DNA from: Candidatus Aenigmatarchaeota archaeon
GTDB taxonomy: Archaea > Aenigmatarchaeota > Aenigmatarchaeia > PWEA01
DNA length: 64,000 nt
NCBI GenBank assembly: GCA_003553905.1
Contig: PWEA01000005.1
Location: forward strand, 7,915-71,914
Reading direction: 5' to 3'
Made by a program: the position numbers and the translations under genes. Shown here piece after piece: positions 54,995-63,985 of this stretch. The notes below the pieces were generated by a model. That model saw only the letters and a program-made list of their open reading frames with translations, did not search any database and had not been told where the DNA came from. How positions within the stretch are numbered: position 1 is the first letter of the stretch; the number at the start of each line of letters is the position of its first letter.

Positions 54995-55642
54995 TCAAAA
55001 ACCTTTGGTTCCTCTGAGCTTAACGAAACGATAACCCCTTTCTTTCTTTATGAGATCTAAACCGTCGTCTTTCTTCTCAAAAACAACAAGACTGTGTAAA
55101 ACTATTTCTCCGAGGGGAGTAACCAGCCTCCCTCCTACCTTAAGCTGTTCAACCCATTCGTCCTGAATCTCTGGAGAAACGGCAGTACAGATTATACTAT
55201 CATATGGAGCATATTTTTGTAGACCGATCGACCCATCCCCAAAAACAACCTCCACGTTGTCTATACCTGCCTTATTGATATTTTCTCTGGCGTTCTTTGC
55301 CAGCCCTTCAATTAGTTCAACTGTATAAACTTTTCCCGAACTTCCAACAAGACGAGAAAGTACAGCAGACTGCCATCCGGACCCAGCACCTATTTCAAGT
55401 ATTCTGTCACCCTCCTTGACGTCAAGAAACTCTGTCATCTTTGCAACAACAGACGGTTGGGAAATAGTTTGACCATGACCTATGGAAAGAGGTGAGTCGG
55501 TGTATGCCTTTTCTTTGTCTTTACTTGAAACAAAAAGATGCCTCGGAACCTTTCTCATAGCCTTCTCAACACGTTCAGAAGTAAGATTGCCCTTGGCCTT
55601 CATGGTTTCGATTAAAGAATCTATATCCTCTTTTTTGTTCAT
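54995..55642 (-). CDS. pcm: Protein-L-isoaspartate O-methyltransferase
   Basis: GQTISQPSVVAKMTEFL..ILEIGAGSGWQSAVL is canonical PIMT. Confidence 0.85.
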   Translation of the reverse strand: MNKKEDIDSLIETMKAKGNLTSERVEKAMRKVPRHLFVSSKDKEKAYTDSPLSIGHGQTISQPSVVAKMTEFLDVKEGDRILEIGAGSGWQSAVLSRLVGSSGKVYTVELIEGLAKNARENINKAGIDNVEVVFGDGSIGLQKYAPYDSIICTAVSPEIQDEWVEQLKVGGRLVTPLGEIVLHSLVVFEKKDDGLDLIKKERGYRFVKLRGTKGF

Positions 55643-55680
55643 ACAAAACCTTTTATTTATCGCTTCACATAAAGTTTTCT

Positions 55681-56535
55681 ATGCCGATGCCCGACGTCGA
55701 TGAGACTGTAAAAAAGATAAAGAACCTTGAAATACAGGGAGCACAGTCAATAGCAAAGGAAAGTCTTAAAGTTCTTTCGAAGATAGTCGAAGAAGAAGGG
55801 TTCGGTGAAAAATTCGAAGAAGCAGCAGAAAGATTGAAAAATGCGCGTCCCACGGGAGTATCAGCACATAACTGCATAAACTTTGTTAAAAGAAGGGGAG
55901 AGATAGAAGCCATAGACGCAACCCTAGACTATCTAAACACCGCAAAAAACGAAGCGGGTAAAGTAGTCGCAGATATTGTAAAGGACGAATCCGTAATACT
56001 GACACATTGTCACTCTTCTGCTGTTATAGCAGCTTTTAGGAGTATGCTGGATATGGACAGAAACTTCCGTGTGATAGTTACAGAAACCGAGCCAAAGCTA
56101 CAAGGCGTTAAAACAGCAAAAAAGCTCAATGAGATGAACATACCTGTCAATTATATAGTAGATGCAGCAGCCGGGCTATATATGTGGGCTGCAGACTACG
56201 TGTTTGTTGGCGTGGATTCGATAAGGCCTTCTGGTGTCCTGAACAAGATAGGAACATATATGCTATCCCTTGCTGCGAAGGAGGATCCTGATACGGAGTT
56301 TTACTTCATAGCTACAAAGGACAAATTCGACTACGACAACTTCTCAACACTGGAAGAGAGATCGCCTGATGAAATACGGGAACACGAATACCTTGAGAAA
56401 GAACACGAACTGGTACTAGAAAATCCTGCCTTTGATATGACACCCTGGGCAAATATAGACAAACTAATAACGGAAGACGGTGTAATGAAAAAACATGAAA
56501 TAATAGAAGAGTTAAAAGGAAGGTTCACAATATAG
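55681..56535 (+). CDS. Ribose-1,5-bisphosphate isomerase (eIF-2B alpha/beta/delta family, e2b2)
   Basis: eIF-2B-family fold signature (ILTHCHSSAVI, Rossmann-like segments). Immediately upstream of type III RuBisCO. Confidence 0.7.
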   Translation: MPMPDVDETVKKIKNLEIQGAQSIAKESLKVLSKIVEEEGFGEKFEEAAERLKNARPTGVSAHNCINFVKRRGEIEAIDATLDYLNTAKNEAGKVVADIVKDESVILTHCHSSAVIAAFRSMLDMDRNFRVIVTETEPKLQGVKTAKKLNEMNIPVNYIVDAAAGLYMWAADYVFVGVDSIRPSGVLNKIGTYMLSLAAKEDPDTEFYFIATKDKFDYDNFSTLEERSPDEIREHEYLEKEHELVLENPAFDMTPWANIDKLITEDGVMKKHEIIEELKGRFTI

Positions 56536-56553
56536 ATAGAGAGGGATGAATTT

Positions 56554-57816
56554 ATGAACTTCATAGACAAAGAATACGAACCAAAAGAAGACGATCTTAT
56601 CTGTCTTTTTAGAATAGAACCATCAAAGAACTACACGATCAAAGAAGCAGCAGCCAATGTCGCCAAGGAATCCAGTGTAGGAACATGGACACACATCGGA
56701 ACAGTCAATGAAAGAGCAAAGAGGATAAAGGCGAGGGTATATGATATAGATGATCCCTACGTAAAAATAGCCTATCCGAAGGAACTCTTCGAACTCAGCA
56801 GCATACCACAACTGCTGTCTTCGGTTGGAGGAAACATATTTGGAATGAAACTACTCGATAGTCTACGGCTAGAAGACATAAGATTTCCGAAGAAAATGTT
56901 AGAAAAGTTCCATGGACCACAGGTAGGTATAGACGGAATAAGAAACCTCTTTTCTGTATATGATAGACCAATGCTCGGAACTATAGTCAAACCCAAGCTC
57001 GGATTGGGCCCAAAAGAACATGCCAAGGTTGCTTACAAGGCATGGAAGGGTGGTCTTGATATAGTAAAGGATGATGAAAATCTTACCTCGATGAGCTTCA
57101 ACGGTTTCAAAAAAAGGGTAGACGAAACAATGAAACTCAAGGAAAGGGCCGAAAAGGAAACAGGCGAAAAGAAAGAATATATGGGAAACATAACGGCGCC
57201 TGTATCAGAAATGAAGAAGAGAGCAGACTACCTCATAGGAAAGGGCAGCAACTACGTTATGATAGACATAATAACAATAGGTTGGAGTGCACTACAGGAG
57301 ATGCGTGAATACCTCGTAGGAAAGAATGTAGTCATACACTGTCACAGAGCAGGTCATGCCGCATTCACCAGAAGCAAAAAACATGGTATCAGCATGCTTA
57401 CGGTGGCTAAACTAACAAGACTCATAGGTGGTGACCAACTACATATAGGGACAGCTGGTATCGGTAAGATGGAAGGAGACCAAAAAAAGGTCCTGAAAAT
57501 AGAGGAAGCTATAGAATCAATGGACGTATCCGAAGAAGGCCGCAGGTTGGATCAGAACTGGGGTAATATAGACAAAACATTTGCCGTTGCATCCGGTGGT
57601 CTTCATCCAGGAGGACTTCCTGGCTTAGTGGATAAAATGGGCAAGGATATAATAGCCCAGTTTGGCGGAGGATGCCATGGACACCCCGATGGTACAGAAG
57701 CCGGAGCCAGAGCCATAAGACAAGCCTGTAGAGCTGTTATGAATGGAAGAAGTCTAGAAGAAGCATCGATGGAAAACAAAGAACTGAAAAAAGCGCTAGA
57801 CAAGTGGGAAAAATGA
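56554..57816 (+). CDS. rbcL: Ribulose-bisphosphate carboxylase large subunit, type III
   Basis: GTIVKPKLGL (carbamylated-Lys region), GGLDIVKDDENLTSMSF, and a C-terminal GGGCHGHPDG-like loop. 420 aa. Confidence 0.9.
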   Translation: MNFIDKEYEPKEDDLICLFRIEPSKNYTIKEAAANVAKESSVGTWTHIGTVNERAKRIKARVYDIDDPYVKIAYPKELFELSSIPQLLSSVGGNIFGMKLLDSLRLEDIRFPKKMLEKFHGPQVGIDGIRNLFSVYDRPMLGTIVKPKLGLGPKEHAKVAYKAWKGGLDIVKDDENLTSMSFNGFKKRVDETMKLKERAEKETGEKKEYMGNITAPVSEMKKRADYLIGKGSNYVMIDIITIGWSALQEMREYLVGKNVVIHCHRAGHAAFTRSKKHGISMLTVAKLTRLIGGDQLHIGTAGIGKMEGDQKKVLKIEEAIESMDVSEEGRRLDQNWGNIDKTFAVASGGLHPGGLPGLVDKMGKDIIAQFGGGCHGHPDGTEAGARAIRQACRAVMNGRSLEEASMENKELKKALDKWEK

Positions 57817-58070
57817 TAAATATAGGATGGCTAGGAGCTATTTTACTGCTAGCAGCATGGCTACCCGAAACCATAACCACAATGAAAACAGAAAGCCTAG
57901 AAGCACTGGACCCAAAATTCATTTTCTTTAGTCTGCTTGGATCCATGTCACTTGCACTACATTCCTACAGGATAGGAGATCTTGCTTTTCTATTTATGAA
58001 TACGATCTTGTCGATTGTGGTAGCCATTGAGCTGGTTGTTTATTTTTATAAATCAAAGTCCACCGTTTAG
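57804..58070 (+). CDS. Small membrane protein (uncertain)
   Basis: 88 aa, three hydrophobic helices. Overlaps the rbcL end by 13 nt. Could be spurious. Confidence 0.3.
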   Translation: MGKMINIGWLGAILLLAAWLPETITTMKTESLEALDPKFIFFSLLGSMSLALHSYRIGDLAFLFMNTILSIVVAIELVVYFYKSKSTV

Positions 58071-58080
58071 TTGTGTTAAA

Positions 58081-59556
58081 ATGGAAGCAAAGGTAAAGAC
58101 TCTGGATATAAGGGCAGGAAAGCCTGTGGTAATTCTCAACAACAGGGAAGCCATAGAACGTTCTATATTCCTTGGCGACAGAATATGTATAAAGCACGAG
58201 GACACAGAAGTCATGGCCATAGTTGATACCTCAAACGAGGTCCCGGAAGGTCATATAGTACTGTTCGATGAAACAAACGAAGAACTCGGGGCCGAGGAAG
58301 GAAAAACCGTCATCGTAAACAGCATACCAAAACCTGATTCTATAGACTATATCAAGAAAAAGGTAGAAGGTAAGGATCTATCATATGATGAAACCCATGA
58401 AATAGTAAAGGATGCAGTAGACTTCCGTTTAACTGATTCCGAACTGATGGCATATACTGTAGCTATAGATATGTCCGACTTCTCACTTGATGAAGCAAGG
58501 GATCTTACAAAGGCGATGGTAGATACCGGTGAAGAGATAGATATAAAAAATGCATTGGACAAACACTGCATAGGCGGTGTCCCAGGAAACAGAACAACAC
58601 CGATAATAGTTTCTATAATCGCAGCAGCTGGTTATAAGATACCGAAAACCTCGTCAAGAGCGATAACCTCACCGGCAGGAACCGCAGACACAATGGAAGT
58701 CATCACAGACGTAGAACATTCTTTGAAGGAGATCGAAGATATAGTTGACAAAACCAACGGATGCTTCTCGTGGGGCGGAGCACTAAATCTCGCACCGGCC
58801 GACGATGAATTCATAAGAGTCAGGGATTCCCTCAATCTGGATCCACTGGAGCAGCTCCTTTCATCTGTTCTGGCAAAGAAAAAGGCTGTTGGGGCCGAAA
58901 CTGTGCTTATAGATATACCCATGGGAGACGGATCAAAGATAAAAAATTCCAAAGAAGCAAGTAAGCTATCTGAATATTTCGAAAAGCTGGGGAGTGAACT
59001 GGGAATGGATGTTTTCACTCTTGTATCAGATGGCTCCAATCCGATCGGAAATGGGATAGGCCCGGCGCTCGAGGCAAGGGACGTTTTAAAAATACTGAAA
59101 TCCGGGGGTAAAGAAGGACCTAAGGATCTAACAGAAAAATCTATTAAGATGGCCGACCTTCTACTTGAAGAAGTTGGTTCAGATAAAAGTGCAGAAAGGA
59201 TACTAACAAGTGGAAAAGCTTACAACAAGTTCAAAGATATAGTCGAGGCCCAGGGAGGTGGAGTTATGGACCCTGATGAAGTAGAACTTGCCGAAAATCA
59301 TCAGATAGTTCGATCTCAGAAAAGAGGGCGTGTAAAGGATCTGGACAATAAAATAGTGAGTAAAATAACAAAGGCAACGGGCTGTTCTAAGGACAAAAAA
59401 TCAGGACTATACCTACATAAGAAAAAAGATGATCCCGTTGAAAAGGGTGAAAAAATTATGACAGTCTATTCTGAAAGTCCTGATAAACTTAAAAAAGCAC
59501 TGGAAATTGCGGAAGAAAATAAGGTCTTTACATTCAAATCACTTCTTTCAGAATAA
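58081..59556 (+). CDS. deoA: AMP phosphorylase (thymidine phosphorylase family)
   Basis: MEAKVKTLDIRAGKPVVILNNREA N-terminal domain and GGVPGNRTTPIIVSIIAAAG glycosyl-transferase-family-3 motifs. Start is set at the internal ATG, 18 codons into the track ORF. Confidence 0.8.
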   Translation: MEAKVKTLDIRAGKPVVILNNREAIERSIFLGDRICIKHEDTEVMAIVDTSNEVPEGHIVLFDETNEELGAEEGKTVIVNSIPKPDSIDYIKKKVEGKDLSYDETHEIVKDAVDFRLTDSELMAYTVAIDMSDFSLDEARDLTKAMVDTGEEIDIKNALDKHCIGGVPGNRTTPIIVSIIAAAGYKIPKTSSRAITSPAGTADTMEVITDVEHSLKEIEDIVDKTNGCFSWGGALNLAPADDEFIRVRDSLNLDPLEQLLSSVLAKKKAVGAETVLIDIPMGDGSKIKNSKEASKLSEYFEKLGSELGMDVFTLVSDGSNPIGNGIGPALEARDVLKILKSGGKEGPKDLTEKSIKMADLLLEEVGSDKSAERILTSGKAYNKFKDIVEAQGGGVMDPDEVELAENHQIVRSQKRGRVKDLDNKIVSKITKATGCSKDKKSGLYLHKKKDDPVEKGEKIMTVYSESPDKLKKALEIAEENKVFTFKSLLSE

Positions 59557-59603
59557 AAAAAGAAAAGAAAGAATAGGGCTTGTTTTTGAAACATTACCTG
59601 TTT

Positions 59604-59894
59604 TTACTTCTTCATCAGGATGTCTATCGAGCTAACGTTGATTTCATCTCCTTCGTCTGTTTCAATTTCTTCGGTTCCTGTCTCGATGCTTTCTATAACA
59701 GCGTCTTCTTCGAACCTGTTCCTTGTTATCTCTGCAACATCAACTGCCCTTGAGATTGCTTTGCCTCTTGCCTTGATGTGAACCTCATCCATTCCATCGT
59801 TGAACTGAGTAACACATGCAAGAACATAGCTCATCGGTGGCTTGTTTCCAACGAAAATCACATTGTCGTCTGCTTCTTCTGCCATTAGATTCAC
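59604..59894 (-). CDS. albA: Alba (Sso10b) DNA/RNA-binding protein
   Basis: [45 protein letters not shown] is canonical Alba. Confidence 0.85.
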   Translation of the reverse strand: MNLMAEEADDNVIFVGNKPPMSYVLACVTQFNDGMDEVHIKARGKAISRAVDVAEITRNRFEEDAVIESIETGTEEIETDEGDEINVSSIDILMKK

Positions 59895-60016
59895 CTCCGT
59901 TTATTCTGTTGTTTTGGTCTTTGAATTTCTAGTACTTTTGAACACTAGATCTCACTCTGTCCATTTGATTAACCTGTAAAAGTATTTAAAAGTTTGCAGA
60001 AGGTGAAAACAAAAAA

Positions 60017-60343
60017 TCAGCATGCAGGACATTCACTTGGCCTGGGAACATATTCCGAACAGACGCGTTCTCTGCCCCCTATATCTACACAAACGTCGCC
60101 TTCCATATCACCACATTCGCTCATACCACTGAGCTCGGGATCCCAGCTGTCTTCACCACAGTGTCTATAGGTTACGACGGGGCTGCAGCATGAGTTTATA
60201 ACTGTTCTATCCTCCACGGGACCTGTGTCGAATCCACCGGTAAAGAAGGCTATAACGGCTAAAAGAACTATAACGGCTACAGCAAGGATTACAAGCATGT
60301 TGATAGGAAGAGATATTCCTTTATCCGTTGTCATGTTTAACAC
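60017..60343 (-). CDS. Class III signal-peptide pilin with Cys-rich C-terminal domain (family 4)
   Basis: MTTDKG then ISLPINMLVILAVAVIVLLAVIAFF. CCSPVVTYRHCGE..C..C..C..CPAC. Confidence 0.65.
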   Translation of the reverse strand: MLNMTTDKGISLPINMLVILAVAVIVLLAVIAFFTGGFDTGPVEDRTVINSCCSPVVTYRHCGEDSWDPELSGMSECGDMEGDVCVDIGGRERVCSEYVPRPSECPAC

Positions 60344-60397
60344 TACCTATAGTTTATCTGAACTACTTAAAAACTTGTTGTCGAGAAACGCTGATCT

Positions 60398-60733
60398 CTA
60401 ACAGGCAGGGCAGTTTTGTGGACCGCCAGGAATAACATTACTACAGTCGTGCCATTCGCCACCGACCTGTACACATACCTCGGCAGTGGAAACAGGTGAA
60501 TCATCGGGAGCATCACAATCAAGGGCTGTTAGTTCCTCTGTCCAACTGGTTTCTGCACAGTGACCAAAGGTTGCAACAGGACTACAACATCTATTTATGA
60601 CCGTCTGTTCATCTACAGCACCTGTCTCGAAGCCTCCCATAAAGAAAGCGACTATGGCTAAAAGAACTATAACGGCTACAGCAAGGATTACAAGCATGTT
60701 GATAGGAAGGGTAACACCTTTTTTTGCAGCCAT
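60398..60733 (-). CDS. Class III signal-peptide pilin with Cys-rich C-terminal domain (family 4)
   Basis: MAAKKG then VTLPINMLVILAVAVIVLLAIVAFF, near-identical to the paralog. CCSPVATFGHCAE..C..C..C..CPAC. Confidence 0.65.
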   Translation of the reverse strand: MAAKKGVTLPINMLVILAVAVIVLLAIVAFFMGGFETGAVDEQTVINRCCSPVATFGHCAETSWTEELTALDCDAPDDSPVSTAEVCVQVGGEWHDCSNVIPGGPQNCPAC

Positions 60734-60851
60734 ACAATCACTAACTTAAATGTATCAACTCCTTTATTTAAAAGTTTCCCTCTGTATCATGGGCAACTAG
60801 GTATAAAGGGCTGGTTTTGAAAGTTAAATACCTTGAAAATAATAATATATC

Positions 60852-61037
60852 TGTGGCGGGAGGTCAGGGGTCTAGCCTGTCTTAGTAAGGCGTGGAGCGT
60901 GCGTTCCATAAAGTCCTTGAGACTGGAGGGGCGTATGTGAGACGAACTGTAAAACACACGGGAGAAATTCGCGAATCGCGCCGTTTGGACAAGGCAACGG
61001 CAAGGAAGGTAGCCATGACCCTAATAACTTCCCCCAC
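60852..61037. ncRNA. Candidate structured ncRNA (SRP-RNA-like motifs; identity unresolved)
   Basis: ~186-nt GC-rich island after an A/T-rich promoter-like stretch (TATAAAGG at 60801..60808, AAATAATAATATAT at 60836..60849). Terminal helix GUGGCGGGAG / CUUCCCCCAC. 5' GGUCAGG and 3' GGAAGGUAGCCA segments resemble SRP RNA helix-8 consensus. The only ORFs here (60872..61162 minus, 60892..61083 plus) are low-complexity and mutually overlapping. Confidence 0.3.
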
Positions 61038-61089
61038 GTTTTACCCAACCGAAATATTTTTAAGTATGACAACGAGAGAGTGAAAGGCA

Positions 61090-61647
61090 ATGATAAAGGA
61101 TAAAGTCGATGAACCCCTCGTGAGAGAAGTAATGTCTGAGGATTTGAACTATGCCGACCCACAGGAATCCATATGCGACATAGCCAAAAGACTGAAAAGT
61201 GGCGACAGGGGTTCAGTTATAATAAAAAAAGATGATGAGATAAAGGGATTAATCACTAACTCAGATATAGTCAACAAGTTTGTCGTCGATGATAAGGGAA
61301 GCAAAGCAAAGGACATAATGACAACAGATATGGTCACAATCTCCCCTGAGATGGATATAGAGGATGCAGCAATGGTTATGGTGGAGGAGGGAATAGAAAG
61401 ACTTGTTGTTATGGAAGGAGGAGACATCATAGGTATAATCTCACAACATGACATAATGAAAGTAAGGCCAAACCTCTATCTAGGTATAAGCCAGGGAATC
61501 AAACTTGGTCCCGAAAGTATGGATATGGACTTCGGTGATAGAGAAATAGGGAAGTGCGAATCTTGTGAAAACTACTCTGAATCTCTCAATGAGGTCAACG
61601 GAAACCTTCTCTGCCCCGAATGTCAGGAAGAAATGAACTTTGCCTAA
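61090..61647 (+). CDS. CBS-pair domain protein with C-terminal zinc ribbon
   Basis: Two CBS-like segments (VMSEDLNYADP..I; IMTTDMVTISPEMDIEDAAMVMVEEGIERLVVM..IGIISQHDI) and C-terminal CESCEN..CPEC. Confidence 0.65.
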   Translation: MIKDKVDEPLVREVMSEDLNYADPQESICDIAKRLKSGDRGSVIIKKDDEIKGLITNSDIVNKFVVDDKGSKAKDIMTTDMVTISPEMDIEDAAMVMVEEGIERLVVMEGGDIIGIISQHDIMKVRPNLYLGISQGIKLGPESMDMDFGDREIGKCESCENYSESLNEVNGNLLCPECQEEMNFA

Positions 61648-62024
61648 GAATTCAGTTTCTTAACTTCTCCGTGAACAAGAACAAGGCCGATAAATGTAGA
61701 AAGTACTCCTACAAAGAAGTTCAGTCCCATTGGCATCAATACGATCAAGGGGACACCCATCAGAAAGAAAGCAAGGCCGAAAGCAAGCTTGCCCTTGTTG
61801 AATCCAAGTTCCTGGTCCATCAGCATATCCTTAAACTCATCGGAATCCCTTTCCTCCAAAAACTCCTTCGCGTCATCTAGTCTATCTCCATCTATATTCA
61901 AAAACAGCCTTCCTTTGTATCCACATTCAGGACAGCTGTATCCGCGCTCCATCCCCAACAAAGCTAAAAAATTAGCTCTATCTGTTTCTATCTTCTCCGA
62001 ACCACAACTGGGACATATTCTCAT
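61644..62024 (-). CDS. Zinc-ribbon protein with C-terminal TM helices
   Basis: CPSCGS..CPECG, then two hydrophobic helices. Confidence 0.45.
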   Translation of the reverse strand: MRICPSCGSEKIETDRANFLALLGMERGYSCPECGYKGRLFLNIDGDRLDDAKEFLEERDSDEFKDMLMDQELGFNKGKLAFGLAFFLMGVPLIVLMPMGLNFFVGVLSTFIGLVLVHGEVKKLNS

Positions 62025-62096
62025 GTCTATATCTTATCTATCAAGAACTTTAATCTTTCCCGTAAACATTTAAAGAGAAAAGTAAATTATCACAAC

Positions 62097-62756
62097 ATGC
62101 TCAAGGAAAAAATCGACCGTTTCTACCGAAAACAGGAAAAAAATAGACGTAGAGACTACTTTTATGCTTCCGAAGTAACCGACTGCAAGAGAAAAATATA
62201 CTTAAAGATGAAAGGAGCCGACAAAGAAGATCTTGATCCGCAGACAAGACGAAAGTTTGAAAGAGGAGATATGATACACCAAAGGCTTGTGTCTGCTCTC
62301 TATTCAGCAGGGGTAGTTACAGCATCGGAGGTTAGAATGCCGGATCAGTCCATGTTCCATGGACGAGCAGACGCAATCGTTTCGATAAACAACGAAAACT
62401 ATATAGTTGAAATCAAATCGGCAAGTCCGTATAGTTTCAAAAATCTAAGCGAACCCAAAGAATCGTGGAAAAAACAGCTCCAGATCTATCTAAACCATTT
62501 TGGTATAGACAAGGGGATAATACTCGTAGAATGCAAAGGAACACAGAAGCTTAAGGAGTTCAGTATAGAAAAAGACGAAGGAGTTTTGGAAGAGCTTCAG
62601 GAAGAGTTCGAAAAGCTCCTGGATATGATAAAAAAAGATGTAATACCCAAAAAGCCTGACAAGGGCGACTGGAAGTTCGATAAGTGTAGATACTGCCTTT
62701 ATAAGGAAGCATGTGAAGAATCCAGCAATAATTTAACAGGCTTCACAGGTGAGTAG
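62097..62756 (+). CDS. Cas4-like PD-(D/E)xK nuclease with 4-Cys cluster (DUF83/RecB-nuclease family)
   Basis: N-terminal YASEVTDCKRK (first Cys), GRADAIV..YIVEIKS (D..E.K catalytic triad) and C-terminal CRYCLYKEAC (three Cys). No cas genes or repeats nearby. Confidence 0.55.
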   Translation: MLKEKIDRFYRKQEKNRRRDYFYASEVTDCKRKIYLKMKGADKEDLDPQTRRKFERGDMIHQRLVSALYSAGVVTASEVRMPDQSMFHGRADAIVSINNENYIVEIKSASPYSFKNLSEPKESWKKQLQIYLNHFGIDKGIILVECKGTQKLKEFSIEKDEGVLEELQEEFEKLLDMIKKDVIPKKPDKGDWKFDKCRYCLYKEACEESSNNLTGFTGE

Positions 62757-63189
62757 GATACCACAAAACGTTTTGGCAAGCGGTAAGTTTGACTTGATCC
62801 ATCCTGGCCACCTATTCTACCTTAAGAAATCCAAGGAACTGGCAAGCAACGGAAACCTAAACGTAGTGATAACCAACGAAAAAAACATAAGAAACTGTCT
62901 TTTCTCGAATATCGAAAGGAAAGAAATGATAGAAAACCTTGGTATTGCTGACTATGTTGTTGTTGGCGAAAGGAAAATCAACTACAACAAAATATTAAAG
63001 AGATTCGAACCTGATATAATATCCCTTGGACACGATCAAGAACCAAACGGTCTCCAAGAAGCTCTCGAGAATTATAAAGGTAAAATAAAAATCAAGAGAA
63101 TCAGATCACTGAAACCCGAAAAGTACTCCTCAAGCAGATATAAAAAAATCTTCAAGAACCGAGATCCTAATCTTCAAGGCCGCTTATAA
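62749..63189 (+). CDS. Cytidylyltransferase-like nucleotidyltransferase (RibL/FAD synthetase-like)
   Basis: GKFDLIHPGHLFYL is the (H/T)xGH motif of the nucleotidyltransferase alpha/beta phosphodiesterase fold. 146 aa. 8-nt overlap with the upstream gene. Confidence 0.55.
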   Translation: MSRIPQNVLASGKFDLIHPGHLFYLKKSKELASNGNLNVVITNEKNIRNCLFSNIERKEMIENLGIADYVVVGERKINYNKILKRFEPDIISLGHDQEPNGLQEALENYKGKIKIKRIRSLKPEKYSSSRYKKIFKNRDPNLQGRL

Positions 63190-63985
63190 AGCTGTGGATA
63201 TTCTTACCCAGATGATCGGCTCCGTATCCACCTTCTAAAACACAAAAAGTAGGTAAACCAAGTTCGGATAGTTTCTTCCCTACTCTCCTATAAGATTCTG
63301 TGGTAAGCTGTATTTGAGAAGCCAGGGGGTCTTCTTTATGTGTATCAAAGCCCGCAGAAACCGCCAATAGATCAAACTCTCCACTGGAGTTCAACATGCT
63401 TCCAAGAACTTCAAGATACTCATCATCCTCTACAGTACGTGTAAAGCGGTGATTGCGACAGTTTTGTTTTGATAGTTTACCTGTACCCGGGTACCCGACA
63501 CTGTGTAGAGAAACGTACTCTACATCATCCCTCCCAAAAAATATATTCTGTGTACCGTTTCCATGATGTCTGTCTATATCAACTATAAGGACTTTTTTAT
63601 CTGATCTCTCAACGGCTACAGCTATATTATTAAAATAACAGAATCCACCAACCGAATCATGTGTAGCGTGGTGACCAGGTGGTCTCATCAACGAAAAGCC
63701 GTTGATTTCTGCAGCCTTTAGGGCGCCACCGACAGAAAGACAGGCGTATTCGTAAATTTTATCATATCTTGGACAGTCTGAAATATGAAAATTATTGTTT
63801 TTAACCTTCTCGATAAAATCTCTGCTGTGCACTGTAAGTAGATCCTCTTCAGTACATTTTCCAGGGTCGGTGAATTCGTACCCTTTATTCTTCAAAAAGT
63901 CAGCAGCCTTCTCTACCCGTCTGGGCGATTCTGGATGGCCTATTCTACCGAAACGTAGACATTTGGGAGTATATACTATCTTCAA
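63167..63985 (-). CDS. Histone deacetylase-family protein (HDAC / acetoin utilization / acetylpolyamine amidohydrolase)
   Basis: RPPGHHA, DIDRHHGNGTQ and GGGY motifs. Start Met at 63985. Confidence 0.7.
   Translation of the reverse strand: MKIVYTPKCLRFGRIGHPESPRRVEKAADFLKNKGYEFTDPGKCTEEDLLTVHSRDFIEKVKNNNFHISDCPRYDKIYEYACLSVGGALKAAEINGFSLMRPPGHHATHDSVGGFCYFNNIAVAVERSDKKVLIVDIDRHHGNGTQNIFFGRDDVEYVSLHSVGYPGTGKLSKQNCRNHRFTRTVEDDEYLEVLGSMLNSSGEFDLLAVSAGFDTHKEDPLASQIQLTTESYRRVGKKLSELGLPTFCVLEGGYGADHLGKNIHSFISGLED

Noticed and set aside
60872-61162. 96-aa minus-strand and 63-aa plus-strand ORFs in the GC-rich intergenic region
   Set aside because: They overlap each other, have non-coding-like composition with no periodicity or motifs, and sit in a region better explained as a structured RNA.
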